From contig JAJPIL010000027.1 of the NCBI GenBank assembly GCA_021324755.1, positions 1,049 to 65,048 of the forward strand: a stretch of DNA of 64,000 bases, in the 5' to 3' direction. The translations under genes and the position numbers were made by a program. Origin of the DNA: Pseudomonadota bacterium. GTDB lineage: Bacteria > Desulfobacterota > Binatia > Binatales > Binataceae. The notes beneath the pieces were generated by a model that was not told the origin of the DNA, searched no databases, and worked only from the letters and a program-made list of their open reading frames with translations. Numbering within the stretch: position 1 is the first letter of the stretch; every line of letters starts with the position of its first letter. This document shows positions 10,916 through 21,702 of the stretch, piece after piece.

Positions 10916-12151
10916 TTAGGCAACAACCTCGCCCGTGGCGGGATAATCTTTAAGGCAAAGCTCGTCTTTGGGTAGAAGCGGAACGGCGGCTAGAGAAAGA
11001 ACAGTCAGACCGGCCGTGAGCCAAAGTGCAAAATGGACTCCCCATCGCGCAGCCACTGGGCCCAGACCAGCAACCGCAAGTGCGCCGAGCGCGTTGGCAA
11101 AACCGAGCGCAAGTCCCGAGCCGAGTGATTGATGCTCCGGTAAAATATCCTGTGCGAGCAATATTCTAACCGGCATCGTCGAGAACGTGGCGAGGCCAAG
11201 CGCGGCAAGAAAAAACCAGCGAACTGCCGTATGGCTTACGAGGAAAGCGCCGAGCAGTAGCGCACACAAAGCTCCCGCAGCGCCGATTAGTCGACGTCGC
11301 CCGAAACGGTCAGCCAAATAGCCACCCATTAAATTACCCAGGTTGCCCACCATCAGCAAAATCGTCACCGTGCTTGCGCCCCCGACTAGCGTGCCCCCAT
11401 GTGAACGCCACAAGATAGGTAAAAACGTGCTCAAACTGTAGACAAGCATCGCATGAAGAGCGCAGTAGAACACCAAAGCGGTCATCGCTGTGATGCTGCC
11501 CCAACTGACTGGATTTTTGGCCGACCGCTGGCTAATCGGTACGCGACGGGCCCGTGGGCATTGTCGGATCATCATGGGTAACGTGACAAACGTAGGCAAA
11601 GCCAATAACCAAAGCGCCCTTAAACCATAATTCGCTGCTACAAGACTTGCTATGAGAGGCCAGACTGCGCGACCAAGTTCGCCGCCTACTAGGAAAATCG
11701 ACATGGCGAGGGCAAAATGGTGCGCCGTTGTATGACGGACGCACGACAAGGCCTGGGGATGGAACGCAGCATTAGCCATCCCGACCACCAGCAGGGTCAT
11801 GATAAGGGCCCAATAATTTGGAACAAAACCAACAAAGGCACCAGCCAGAGAGCCAAAGCCTAGAGCGCCGATCACAAACATCCGGCCACCAAGCCTATCG
11901 GCAGCCCATCCAAAGAGCGGCTGCATCCCCTGGCATACCAATATCGCCGCCATCAGTGAGCCTACAAGCGTTAGCCTTATATGCAACGAATGAAGCACCG
12001 CCGGCAGTACGCCAGGCAAAAAATTTGCCATGCCATCGTTTAAGAAGTGCGCCCACGAAAGCATAAGCAGGCGTGCGTTGATGACCCCCGTATGCGAGGG
12101 CTCGAACCCCTCTGATTGCGCCGAAGAGGCTTTTGGCTGAACGAAAACCAC
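10916..12151 (-). CDS. MFS transporter, Fsr (fosmidomycin resistance)-like
   Basis: AHFLND, QPLFGWAADRLG, FHPQA, GGYLADRFGRR; about 12 hydrophobic segments. Confidence 0.9.
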   Translation of the reverse strand: MVFVQPKASSAQSEGFEPSHTGVINARLLMLSWAHFLNDGMANFLPGVLPAVLHSLHIRLTLVGSLMAAILVCQGMQPLFGWAADRLGGRMFVIGALGFGSLAGAFVGFVPNYWALIMTLLVVGMANAAFHPQALSCVRHTTAHHFALAMSIFLVGGELGRAVWPLIASLVAANYGLRALWLLALPTFVTLPMMIRQCPRARRVPISQRSAKNPVSWGSITAMTALVFYCALHAMLVYSLSTFLPILWRSHGGTLVGGASTVTILLMVGNLGNLMGGYLADRFGRRRLIGAAGALCALLLGAFLVSHTAVRWFFLAALGLATFSTMPVRILLAQDILPEHQSLGSGLALGFANALGALAVAGLGPVAARWGVHFALWLTAGLTVLSLAAVPLLPKDELCLKDYPATGEVVA

Positions 12152-12496
12152 GCTCGCTTTTGCCCCAGTCGACTTTCCTAAATAGCCGTTTATTTTGACG
12201 TAACGAGCGTCGAATATTATGGCGCGAGTATTGTCGGTAGCGCTAGGCGAATGTGTGACAAAAACCGCCCGAACAAAGTAGCGAGACGGCGCTTTGGGCG
12301 TTTACGCGTTTAGCGCGTAACTTAAAGCTAAAACCAAATTTAGAGTAACCGGCGCTTCGGTGCCCCAAGCGAATTAGAGCGAAGCTTTTGCGCTCGAATT
12401 ATAGTCGGCAGTTGGGTTTACCCGCGTCTTAACCTATTCTGGTAACAGGAGCATCGGCTTTCTGCTAACAGGAGCGTCGCCAAACAAAGTCGTTGT

Positions 12497-13510
12497 TTGA
12501 GCCTTGTCATGGACGGTAAACCGTTGCCTAATCTTTCGTCTGTAGCGCTCGTAGAGCGCGAGGAAGCACCGTGCGCGGTGGAGGCGCGCGACCTGCGCTT
12601 TAGTTACGGGCGCAAGGAAGTGTTGCGCGGAATAAGTTTCACTATAGGCGCTGGAGAAGTCTTTGCGTTTCTGGGTCCGAACGCCAGCGGTAAGACCACG
12701 CTCTTCAAGATTCTTTCGACCTTGTTACCCGCTCCGCAGGGAAGCCTTACGATCCTCGGTTACGATGTCGCTCGAAGCTCAGCTACATTGCGCCGCTCGT
12801 TGGGGGTTGTGTTCCAGAATTCTGCCGTCGACACGAAGCTTAGCGTGGTGGAAAACCTCCGTTACCACGGAAACTTATATGGTTTGTGGGGCGTCGAGCT
12901 TAGAGAACGAATCAAGGTGATGCTCGATCTACTTGGGCTTTCGGAGTCGGCCGATGCTCGGGTCGAAACGCTCTCCGGCGGCTATCGCAGACGGGTGGAA
13001 CTAGCAAAAGCGCTTTTGCACGAACCGGCGATCTTGATCCTGGATGAGCCGAGTAGTGGCCTCGATCCGGAAGCGCGGCGAGATTTTTTCAACTATCTCC
13101 TGAGACTTCGCGCAAGCAAGAGCGTGACCGTCGTCTTGACCACTCACGATATGGAAGAGGCGGAGCGCTGCGATCGGGTTGGAGTCCTCCATCAGGGTCA
13201 ACTGGTGGCCGTAGGCACCGCGGGCGATCTGAAGCGCAGCGTAGGTGGCGATGTCGTCGTTATCAAGGCGCAGCGCCCCGAAATGCTGCAAATGAAGCTT
13301 CAGCAGCGCTTTGGCCTCCATGTAGCAATAGTTGACGGAAGGCTCAGAATCGAGGCACCTAAAGGCCACTTGTTGGTTGCCGAGATCGTCGAAGCGTTCG
13401 GCTCGGAAGTCGAGTCGATAAGTTTCGGCCGTCCCACGCTGGAAGACGTGTTCACTCATCTTACGGGCCAGCGTTTTTCCGCAAGCAGCGATGATGACTG
13501 GAGTCTATGA
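12497..13510 (+). CDS. ABC-2 type exporter ATP-binding protein
   Basis: GPNASGKT Walker A, LSGGY signature, ILILDEP Walker B, TTH switch, PTLEDVF tail. Start may be ATG 12509. Confidence 0.93.
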   Translation: MSLVMDGKPLPNLSSVALVEREEAPCAVEARDLRFSYGRKEVLRGISFTIGAGEVFAFLGPNASGKTTLFKILSTLLPAPQGSLTILGYDVARSSATLRRSLGVVFQNSAVDTKLSVVENLRYHGNLYGLWGVELRERIKVMLDLLGLSESADARVETLSGGYRRRVELAKALLHEPAILILDEPSSGLDPEARRDFFNYLLRLRASKSVTVVLTTHDMEEAERCDRVGVLHQGQLVAVGTAGDLKRSVGGDVVVIKAQRPEMLQMKLQQRFGLHVAIVDGRLRIEAPKGHLLVAEIVEAFGSEVESISFGRPTLEDVFTHLTGQRFSASSDDDWSL

Positions 13511-14313
13511 TTAGGACCGTAGTTCTGCAGGTTTGGAGCCTTTGGTGGCGCGAGATGAAGCGCTTTTGGCGCCAACCTAGTCGAGTAGTAGGCGCCGTGT
13601 TGCAACCGATCGTTTTTTGGTTGCTGTTGGGTATGGGTCTTAACGGCTCGTTTCGTCCGCCTGGAGCGTTTCCGACGATGACGTACATGGAGTACTTTTA
13701 TCCAGGCGTTGTTCTGCTGGTGCTTTTATTTACAGCAATCTTTTCGACCATTTCTACCATCGAAGACCGCAGGCAGGGCTTCCTTCAAGGCGTGCTCGTT
13801 GCGCCGATTTCGCCGTTGGTGATCGTACTTGGACAATGTCTCGGCAGCACTACGCTGGCTCTACTGGAGGGAGCGGTCTTTCTGTTGCTCGCGGGAACGG
13901 CTGGAATAAAGCTGAATCTCGTTGCAGCTTTGTCGACGCTCGGGGTAATGGCGATAATAGGGATGGGTTTGTCGGGACTCGGGCTGACTATCGCCTGGCG
14001 CATGGAATCGACTCAGGGTTTTCACGCAATCATGAATCTCATTTTGATCCCGAGCTGGCTGCTTTCGGGCGCGTTTTTTCCAGTGGCCGGCGTACCCTCC
14101 TGGTTTCGGTGGATTATGCAGGGCAATCCTCTAACCTACGACATGGGACTTTTGCGCTCGGCTCTTTATATGGGTAGTTCGAAGATGGTATCGGCGTCGA
14201 GCGGGCCAGAAAATATCACCGTTTCGATCATTGTAGCGGCGATTTTTACGCTTTTCGCGTTTGCTTGTGCGGTGACTATGGCGCGCCGTGAAGCCTCAGG
14301 CGTGCGCGCCTGA
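13507..14313 (+). CDS. ABC-2 type exporter permease
   Basis: WWRE..RF, multiple TM helices, LLSGAFFP, NPLTY; ATGA overlap with the ATPase. Confidence 0.92.
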   Translation: MIRTVVLQVWSLWWREMKRFWRQPSRVVGAVLQPIVFWLLLGMGLNGSFRPPGAFPTMTYMEYFYPGVVLLVLLFTAIFSTISTIEDRRQGFLQGVLVAPISPLVIVLGQCLGSTTLALLEGAVFLLLAGTAGIKLNLVAALSTLGVMAIIGMGLSGLGLTIAWRMESTQGFHAIMNLILIPSWLLSGAFFPVAGVPSWFRWIMQGNPLTYDMGLLRSALYMGSSKMVSASSGPENITVSIIVAAIFTLFAFACAVTMARREASGVRA

Positions 14314-14718
14314 AGCGGTATAAACTCCCACAACTTACGCCTTGGCGTTTTACACTAGCCGAGACGCGTATCCGAGCATCCCACCGTTCGTTTTCGGAAA
14401 TTGCCTGGGTAATTGTGTCGGAAGCGTGACCGAGCGCGATCGAAGACGGTCAACTTCCGGCGAGGTCTGGCGGTTGCAGGTCGCTCTGCTAGCTGAATCT
14501 AGCTTGGGGTTGAGCGCGCCATCGGCGAGTACTCTCTACGACGAGATTCAATACGGCTACGGTCGCAATAGCAAGTAGTACAAAAAGCGCAAGTAAGATC
14601 AAAGTCCAGAGCAAAGCGAAAAATAATCCAACTAGTGCAAATCCGATGTCTACTAGAGCCTTCATATAGCTTGTATAGCTTGAAAATACACTTTATACCT
14701 CTTGTAATTGTTTAAGCC

Positions 14719-17265
14719 CTATTGTTGGGTCGAGCCTGGAAGAGGAGGTGGCGGTGGTTGGGCAAAAAGGCGTGGATTGTAAATGGCGAAGGGGTTGTTC
14801 GGGATTGGGCTGCTTCCTACCGAGCCGATACCACCTAAAGTGAGCATAATTTGAAAACGATACTCCAAGGGGTTGACCGACTGCACGACTCCAAAATCGA
14901 GAATCCAACAGTTACACGTTGATTTGATCCGCCCGCCATATTCGGCCGATAAAAGATTGCTGGTTGCAAGGTCGTAACCCGGCCCAATGTAGAAGCCCCA
15001 TCGGCTGGTCTCGTAGTAAATGTTAGCCGTTATCTGGTTAGTTTCGTTCTCAAGAGTGAGAGCCTTGTTTGTGGAGGCCGAAGTCGTAGGCGCAACATAG
15101 TTGTAGCCCAGCTGTAAAAAGGTGCCACCGATGGCGGCCTTGCCGAGACGCGATTGATATTGGTACCACGTCTCGGGCGGTCGCAACGTAAGATAGTCGA
15201 AGGAGTAATCGATGCGGCCAGTGCCGGGATCGATACCCGTCTCGGAACTGGCGATTACGATGTTAGTCGGTAAGAGGTTAAGCGTTATATCGGTGTCCGA
15301 GTAGTGACGACCTACGCCCTCGAGCGGATAGAGAGTGTCATAGATTTGGGTGATGTTGAATTCGAGAAGCTCTTGAACTCTAGTGGCAGGGGGCGCAGCA
15401 GTTGTCTGTCCTTCCGACACTTCCTGCGAAGCGCTCGAACTGCTCGAAGGCGGAGGAGCCTTATACTTGGCAAATACCCTCGAGGCAAGTCCCACGCTAA
15501 ACATGCTGCGCGGATCAATTCGGTCTATTGCGTCCCACAGGGGTAGATTACTTTGGTTGACGTTAGGGACGTAGTAATACGTCACGATCGGCTCAATTGT
15601 ATGTTTGATCTTCTCGATCCCGGCGAAATCAACCGTGTATATTCGTTCAAGCACGGTTGAGGTCCCCACTTCACCATAGGGAAGTTCGCGGAAGTAATCG
15701 CCGCCAGGCGCTGGCTGTCCTAGGACCAGGCCATTATTATACTGCCTTCCGTCGGTGCCGACAGGTATGACGTCTACGTTATCGCCGCCGTAATTGTAGG
15801 CGGTCGAACGCAGGGTCACCGAAGCGTGAGCGTTGAGATAGTCTTTCCAGAGCAACGGCAAAGTGAAGGTGGGCTTGAAGTCGAGGCGCTGCCCGTTAGT
15901 TCCCTGTTCGCGCCAGTATTCAACTGCTGACGTCGTGTAATCGACGTAGCCGAGGCCATTCAGAACGTCGCTGCGGCCCTCGTATAGAAGTTGCGGTAGT
16001 TGCTGGAGCGCGAACTGCTGAGGCTGGATAAGATCTTGCTCCCATGTTCCCTGGAATCGTAAAAACGAGTTGTCCCAGTTGTTCAGCAAGCCGAAATGAG
16101 AAATCGCCTGGCGATTGTACATGAAGTTGAAGCCGTAACCGGGAGACAGAACCGGAACGTTTATATCGCGCAAAAAGTAGTCGTCGCTGACCAACTGTGT
16201 GTCGCCGTAAACCTGCAGGTTGGGCGTAAGATGCTGGCGGCCTAGGCCTATCAAACCGTATCGTTGTGTGGGAATATACGGATTGGCGACTTGGAGATCG
16301 GCTTCCGGCGCCAGGCGTTCAGCTTCAGGTATAATCTCCTGATAAATGCTGCCAGTGACTTGGATGTAATCGTCGGCCGAACTTTGCCGACGAAATTCGG
16401 CCAGAAGGCCCAGCCGCTGCGACGTTTCGACATCGGACGCTATCGTTACGTCCTCGCTTTTGCCCAGGTCGATAAAATAAGGCTGAAGCCACTGAAAGCC
16501 TCGTAATGTCGACTCGCCTGTGTAAGGGCTGATGAAGCCGCTTTGACGTTGAGAATTGGCGGGGAAAGTCGCGTATGGCAACGTTAGCAAAGGATATCCG
16601 AGGACGTGGAAGGTTGCGTCTTTGACTTCCGCTTGCCCTCCGATATGACAGTTGATCTCTTTACCGCTTATGCTCCATGACGGAGTGCCCTTTTCACAGC
16701 CGCACGTGGTAAAAAAACCGTCCTCGATGTGAAAACGGGCGCCGCTCAGTTTATCGATGATGCGTCCCGCGATCGTGTAGCTTCCCGTTCGCGGCGCGAT
16801 GACAGCGTTTTTCAGCTCTCCGGTTTCGGAGTCAAGGTCGAGCGAGGCGCTGGAGGCGCGAATCTTGAGTTCAGGATTTACCAGGCGAACGTCGCCGAAA
16901 GCACTAGCTTTCTGACTTTTTCGCTCGTAGCGAAGCTCTTTTCCGGTCAGCAGGGTTGGGCCTCTTCGAAGTCGCGCGTTCTCGCGCACTACGAAGGTGT
17001 CAGTCTTGGGGTCGTAGATGAAAGAGGTTCCTGAAATGTTGGTTGGAGTCGGGCTGCCAAAGGTGCTTTCGAGTTCGGCTCGCAATTGGGCGCAGGTCTG
17101 AGCTGGACTTAAAAGTTCAGCGCAGAGCATAGCTGAGAGGAGAATTGTCCAAACTATGTTAGGCCGCCGCGTCGGGAAACAACCCGCTACGGCCTTGCCG
17201 AGCCAGGAAATATGAGTAGACCTCCCCAACCAGGTAGATGGAACCGGTAACCAGAATAATTTCAT
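14719..17265 (-). CDS. lptD: LPS assembly protein LptD (true start probably about 17130-17172)
   Basis: N-terminal OstA-like region, FTTC..P.W, RQSGF, KHTIEP, C-terminal CNCW; beta-barrel composition. Confidence 0.88.
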   Translation of the reverse strand: MKLFWLPVPSTWLGRSTHISWLGKAVAGCFPTRRPNIVWTILLSAMLCAELLSPAQTCAQLRAELESTFGSPTPTNISGTSFIYDPKTDTFVVRENARLRRGPTLLTGKELRYERKSQKASAFGDVRLVNPELKIRASSASLDLDSETGELKNAVIAPRTGSYTIAGRIIDKLSGARFHIEDGFFTTCGCEKGTPSWSISGKEINCHIGGQAEVKDATFHVLGYPLLTLPYATFPANSQRQSGFISPYTGESTLRGFQWLQPYFIDLGKSEDVTIASDVETSQRLGLLAEFRRQSSADDYIQVTGSIYQEIIPEAERLAPEADLQVANPYIPTQRYGLIGLGRQHLTPNLQVYGDTQLVSDDYFLRDINVPVLSPGYGFNFMYNRQAISHFGLLNNWDNSFLRFQGTWEQDLIQPQQFALQQLPQLLYEGRSDVLNGLGYVDYTTSAVEYWREQGTNGQRLDFKPTFTLPLLWKDYLNAHASVTLRSTAYNYGGDNVDVIPVGTDGRQYNNGLVLGQPAPGGDYFRELPYGEVGTSTVLERIYTVDFAGIEKIKHTIEPIVTYYYVPNVNQSNLPLWDAIDRIDPRSMFSVGLASRVFAKYKAPPPSSSSSASQEVSEGQTTAAPPATRVQELLEFNITQIYDTLYPLEGVGRHYSDTDITLNLLPTNIVIASSETGIDPGTGRIDYSFDYLTLRPPETWYQYQSRLGKAAIGGTFLQLGYNYVAPTTSASTNKALTLENETNQITANIYYETSRWGFYIGPGYDLATSNLLSAEYGGRIKSTCNCWILDFGVVQSVNPLEYRFQIMLTLGGIGSVGSSPIPNNPFAIYNPRLFAQPPPPPLPGSTQQ

Positions 17266-18469
17266 CCTTGGCGCTGTTTTTTAGCGCTAATTCTATAGCT
17301 TGTCGTGGATCGCGGATTACCTTGGTAGGGGTTAGCGGCGAGAAAGCTTCGGCTAACCGTTGCGGGTCAACTGGTTGCTTCGGCGCGGCACGTGTAAGAA
17401 TCGCGTCACTAACGCGAGGTGCTAACAGCTCCGCCATTTTTTTCCAGTCCTTGTCAACCTGGCAACCAAATATCAGGTGCGGTTTGACGTCGCAGCCCAA
17501 CTCTACCTCGAGTGCCTCTACTAGAGCGCGAACGCTCATCTCGTTGTGGGCACAATCCAAGATTACTCGGGGTCGTTCGTGGACCGTGTCCAGTCGCCCA
17601 GGCCAAACCACTTGAGCGAGGCCACAGCGAATTGCACGTTCACTGACCGTATATCCCATAGCCGAAATCATCTCCGACGCGGCCAACGCGATCGCGGCGT
17701 TCTCGTGCTGAAACCGCCCTGGCAGCCTAACTTCCACCTCATCCAGGGAAAGATTTACGCCCCTGTACTTTAGACATCGTGGGTTTGAAGCCCCTTCAAA
17801 AAAGAAATCGCGATCCAACATAACAGTCGGGCTCCGACGTTCTTGCGCGATGGTTTCGAGAAGCTGGCGCGCTTCGGGTTGATGGACACCGATGACGGCC
17901 GGAGTGTACGGTTTGATGATACCGCCTTTTTCGCGCGCGATACTTTCGATTGTCGAACCCAGATATTCCGTATGATCGAAGCCCAAGGGAGTTATCACGC
18001 TTAGAATAGGTCTGACAACATTGGTCGAGTCGAGCCTCCCTCCCATCCCGGTCTCGATTATGGCTATATCGACGTCTTGCTCAGCGAAATAAAGAAACAT
18101 CATCGCCACGGTAAATTCAAAAAACGTAAGCTCAACGTTCGAGCTCTCGAAAGTATCGCGCAAGCGCCCGATATATTGCGTCAAGACTGGCATAGGTATC
18201 TGCGAGCCGTCGATCCTAAAGCGCTCGCACAAACTGACTAGATGGGGTTTCGTATAAAGGCCGCAACGATAGCCGGCAGCCCGCAGAATACTGTCGAGCA
18301 TCGCGGCCACCGAACCCTTGCCTTTTGTGCCCGCGATGTGAACGGCGGTAAGCGCCAGATGCGGATCTCCAAGCAGAGCCAAAGCGCGCTCCATACGCTC
18401 AAGCTTGTAAACGATGCCGCGACGTTCGAGCGAGTACAGCCAATCGATCGCTTGTTGGGTGGTGTGCAT
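17159..18469 (-). CDS. folC: folylpolyglutamate/dihydrofolate synthase
   Basis: HIAGTKGKGS, ETGMGGRLDSTNV, DHTEYLG, WPGR, DCAHN, TGSIYLVG. Confidence 0.97.
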   Translation of the reverse strand: MHTTQQAIDWLYSLERRGIVYKLERMERALALLGDPHLALTAVHIAGTKGKGSVAAMLDSILRAAGYRCGLYTKPHLVSLCERFRIDGSQIPMPVLTQYIGRLRDTFESSNVELTFFEFTVAMMFLYFAEQDVDIAIIETGMGGRLDSTNVVRPILSVITPLGFDHTEYLGSTIESIAREKGGIIKPYTPAVIGVHQPEARQLLETIAQERRSPTVMLDRDFFFEGASNPRCLKYRGVNLSLDEVEVRLPGRFQHENAAIALAASEMISAMGYTVSERAIRCGLAQVVWPGRLDTVHERPRVILDCAHNEMSVRALVEALEVELGCDVKPHLIFGCQVDKDWKKMAELLAPRVSDAILTRAAPKQPVDPQRLAEAFSPLTPTKVIRDPRQAIELALKNSAKDEIILVTGSIYLVGEVYSYFLARQGRSGLFPDAAA

Positions 18470-18818
18470 AGGCTTGAACCCGTTCAGCTAATTGGTCTTC
18501 GGTTTTTAAAGTCCGGGCTTGCCAGCCCAACGGCACGCCTTAAATCGAACCACTCTTGTTTGGCAACTTGCGTGCGCGCTGCCGACCGGTGGTTGGACTT
18601 GGCTAAGTCCCCTTGGTGACTATCGGGACTTACGCAGAAGCCTTGGTCGCGTTTTCAAAGGCCTTTAGCTGCAGTCGTCGCGTAGCCAAGTCCGCTTTTG
18701 CAAAGCTTCGCTTCATACGCGCCTCAACACCGGCCGGCGACAGTTCAAGACTCCTGCGCTGTGGCAAACGTTGGCGCAAACGCAGCTACTAAAAGCGCGT
18801 TGAGAATTGGATCGAAAC

Positions 18819-19655
18819 TCAAGAATCATGCCTAGGCGAGTTTTTCAGCAGACGTAGGACGTTTGCCAGAGTAGAGCGAAGCTTGCGGCGCGGAACTATA
18901 GCGTCGACCATTCCGTGCTCGAGCAGAAATTCTGCCCGCTGAAAGCGAGGAGGTAGACGTTCCCCGGTGGTTTGCTCGATCACGCGGCGCCCAGCGAACC
19001 CGATCAATGCTCCGGGCTCGGCCAGATTTAGGTCACCGAGCATCGCGAAGGAAGCTGCCACACCGCCCGTGGTTGGGTAACACAGAACGGCGACATAGGG
19101 CAGGCGTAGGTCGCGATAACGCGCAACGGCCGTACAGGTCTTAGCCATCTGCATGAGCGATAAAATTCCTTCTTGCATGCGCGCGCCACCCGAAGCGCAG
19201 AACAGTACTACGGGTAGACGATTACGGCGTGCGTGCGCGAACAGTCGAGCAACTTTTTCGCCCACCACAACACCCATGCTGCCGCCCATAAATCTGAAAT
19301 CCATCACGCCAAGCGCAATTGGCTCGTGTTCGATCTCGCACGTTCCGGTGACGATAGCGTCGTTGCGCCCGGTCTGAGCGCGCGCCTCTTCAAGCCGTTT
19401 CCAGTACGGCTTGGAGTCGACGAATCCCAGGGGGTCGCTCGCTTTTAACTCGCTGTCGATCTGCCGCCATGTGCCGCGGTCGGCTACAATAGCCAATCGC
19501 TGTTCGACTGTCAGCGGGAAATGGTACCCGCATTTCAAGCAAACATTGAGATTCCGTTCGACTTCCTTGCGAAACGCTAGTGTGGCGCACTCCGGGCACT
19601 TAACCCACATCTCGGCCGCCTGAGTAGTTGCCGCCCGCTCAACCACTTCCGCCAT
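18819..19655 (-). CDS. accD: acetyl-CoA carboxylase carboxyltransferase beta subunit
   Basis: WVKCPEC..CLKCGYH Zn finger, FMGGSMG, SGGARMQEG, FAGRRVIEQT. Start moved to ATG 19655, just after the trpA stop. Confidence 0.97.
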   Translation of the reverse strand: MAEVVERAATTQAAEMWVKCPECATLAFRKEVERNLNVCLKCGYHFPLTVEQRLAIVADRGTWRQIDSELKASDPLGFVDSKPYWKRLEEARAQTGRNDAIVTGTCEIEHEPIALGVMDFRFMGGSMGVVVGEKVARLFAHARRNRLPVVLFCASGGARMQEGILSLMQMAKTCTAVARYRDLRLPYVAVLCYPTTGGVAASFAMLGDLNLAEPGALIGFAGRRVIEQTTGERLPPRFQRAEFLLEHGMVDAIVPRRKLRSTLANVLRLLKNSPRHDS

Positions 19656-19657
19656 CG

Positions 19658-20509
19658 CTATTGCTTTTCGTTCAGAGCTGACGTTTGCAGGGCGCACCGA
19701 GCTGACACCATCGCGCGCTTCATCTGACTGGCTAGCTCTACGACTTTACCGATACCGTCGGGCGCACGGCCGAAATTTTCCAGAATCAGCGAAAAAGCAC
19801 TGCCTACGACTACCGCGTCGGCAAACGATGCGACCTCGGCTGCTTGCTCGGGCGTAGAAATGCCGAACCCTACGCCGACCGGAAGCGGCGTAATCTTTCG
19901 CACTTCCTCGACTCGCGGCTTTAGATCGGTAGGCAAAACTTCGCGTGTGCCGGTAACACCGGTTACCGAGACGTAGTACAAAAACCCACTCGCAGCCCGC
20001 GCTATCTCTTGGCAACGCTTAAGTGGCGTGGTCGGCGCCAGAAGGCGAATGACATCGAGGCCGAAATGGCGTGCGGGTTCGTCTAGTTCAGCGCTCTCCT
20101 CCGGTGGTAGGTCAACCACTAGAATGCCGTCGACTCCTGCTCGAGCGCTGTCCTGGCATAAACGCTGGCAGCCGTATCGGTAGAAGGGGTTATAGTATCC
20201 GAACAGAATAATCGGTATCTCGCTCACTCGGCGAAGCTCGCGCACGAGCTCGAGAATTGCAGGCAATGAAGCCCCGGCAGCCAAACCACGGGCAAGCGCT
20301 CTTTGGTTGGCGGGACCGTCAGCCATCGGATCCGAGAAAGGGACGCCCAGCTCAATAAGGTCGGCTCCGTTCGCTTCGAGCTCGACGACCAATCGCTTGG
20401 TAGACTCGAGGTCAGGGTCGCCGGCCACGATAAACGGAATCAACGCAGCCTCCCCTCGGGCGCGCAACTCGTCGAATTTGCGCTCGATTCTGTTGCCTTT
20501 GACCATCAC
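19658..20509 (-). CDS. trpA: tryptophan synthase alpha subunit
   Basis: [31 protein letters not shown]. Confidence 0.99.
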   Translation of the reverse strand: MMVKGNRIERKFDELRARGEAALIPFIVAGDPDLESTKRLVVELEANGADLIELGVPFSDPMADGPANQRALARGLAAGASLPAILELVRELRRVSEIPIILFGYYNPFYRYGCQRLCQDSARAGVDGILVVDLPPEESAELDEPARHFGLDVIRLLAPTTPLKRCQEIARAASGFLYYVSVTGVTGTREVLPTDLKPRVEEVRKITPLPVGVGFGISTPEQAAEVASFADAVVVGSAFSLILENFGRAPDGIGKVVELASQMKRAMVSARCALQTSALNEKQ

Positions 20510-21702
20510 CGCAAACTCACGCCGCGCTCGCGAGCTACCGTTTCCATGTCCTTGTCGCCCCGTCCCGACAGGTTTACGACTATTATGCGCGAGCGGTCCA
20601 TTGTGGGCGCAATCGATATGGTATAGGCGAGCGCATGGGCGCTCTCCAGCGCTGGAATAATCCCTTCGGTGCGGGCTAGAAGCTCGAGCGCCTCGAGTGC
20701 CTGTTCATCGGTAACTGTCGTGTACGTCGCTCGGCCGATATCCTTAAGGTAGCTGTGTTCCGGCCCTACGCCTGGGTAGTCGAGCCCTGCGGCGATCGAA
20801 TGGGTTTCGCGGATCTGACCCATCTCGTCCTGAAGAAGATACGTTCGATTGCCGTGGAGCACGCCGATCTGCCCGGCAGTGAGCGAAGCCGAATGCTTTC
20901 CGCTTGCCAGGCCAAGGCCAGCTGCCTCAACTCCTACCAGCCGTACGTTGCGGTCTTTGATAAAAGGGTAAAACAGTCCGATAGCGTTGGAGCCGCCGTT
21001 GACGCACGCCACTAGAACGTCGGGCAAGCGCCCCTCACGGGCTAGAATCTGCCGGCGCGTTTCACGACCTATCACGGACTGGAAGTCGCGCACGATTACG
21101 GGGTAGGGATGCGGGCCGGCGGCAGTGCCGATCAGATAGTACGTCGTGCGCACGTTGGCTATCCAGTCGCGCAAAGCCTCGTTTAGTGCGTCTTTGAGGC
21201 TCTTGCTGCCCGAGTCGACGGGAGTAACTTTTGCCCCGAGAAGCTTCATCCTAAAGACGTTAAGCGCCTGGCGCTGCACGTCCAGCGCGCCCATGAAAAT
21301 TTCACACTCCCGTCCGAAGCGTGCAGCCATTGTCGCGGTCGCCACGCCATGCTGCCCGGCACCCGTCTCGGCGGTGATCCGGCTTTTGTTCATGCGCAGC
21401 GCGAGCAGAGCCTGACCAAGCGTATTGTTTACTTTATGGGCGCCCGTGTGGCACAGGTCTTCGCGCTTTAGGTAGATCTTCGCGCCTCCGAGACGAGCCG
21501 AAAGGTTTTCTGCGAAGTAAAGCGGGGTCGGTCGGCCAACGAACTCGCGCGCGTAGGCGTTCAACTGGGCTTTGAAAGCCGGGTCGCGTCGGGCCTCACG
21601 GTACGCCTGCTCGAGTTCGAGTAGCGCAGGCATCAGCGTCTCGGCCACGTAACGGCCGCCATAAACCCCGAAATGACCTTGACTGTCAGGCGCTCTTTGC
21701 AT
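20506..21702 (-). CDS. trpB: tryptophan synthase beta subunit
   Basis: [12 protein letters not shown] lysine, [28 protein letters not shown]; start at ATG 21702. Confidence 0.99.
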   Translation of the reverse strand: MQRAPDSQGHFGVYGGRYVAETLMPALLELEQAYREARRDPAFKAQLNAYAREFVGRPTPLYFAENLSARLGGAKIYLKREDLCHTGAHKVNNTLGQALLALRMNKSRITAETGAGQHGVATATMAARFGRECEIFMGALDVQRQALNVFRMKLLGAKVTPVDSGSKSLKDALNEALRDWIANVRTTYYLIGTAAGPHPYPVIVRDFQSVIGRETRRQILAREGRLPDVLVACVNGGSNAIGLFYPFIKDRNVRLVGVEAAGLGLASGKHSASLTAGQIGVLHGNRTYLLQDEMGQIRETHSIAAGLDYPGVGPEHSYLKDIGRATYTTVTDEQALEALELLARTEGIIPALESAHALAYTISIAPTMDRSRIIVVNLSGRGDKDMETVARERGVSLR

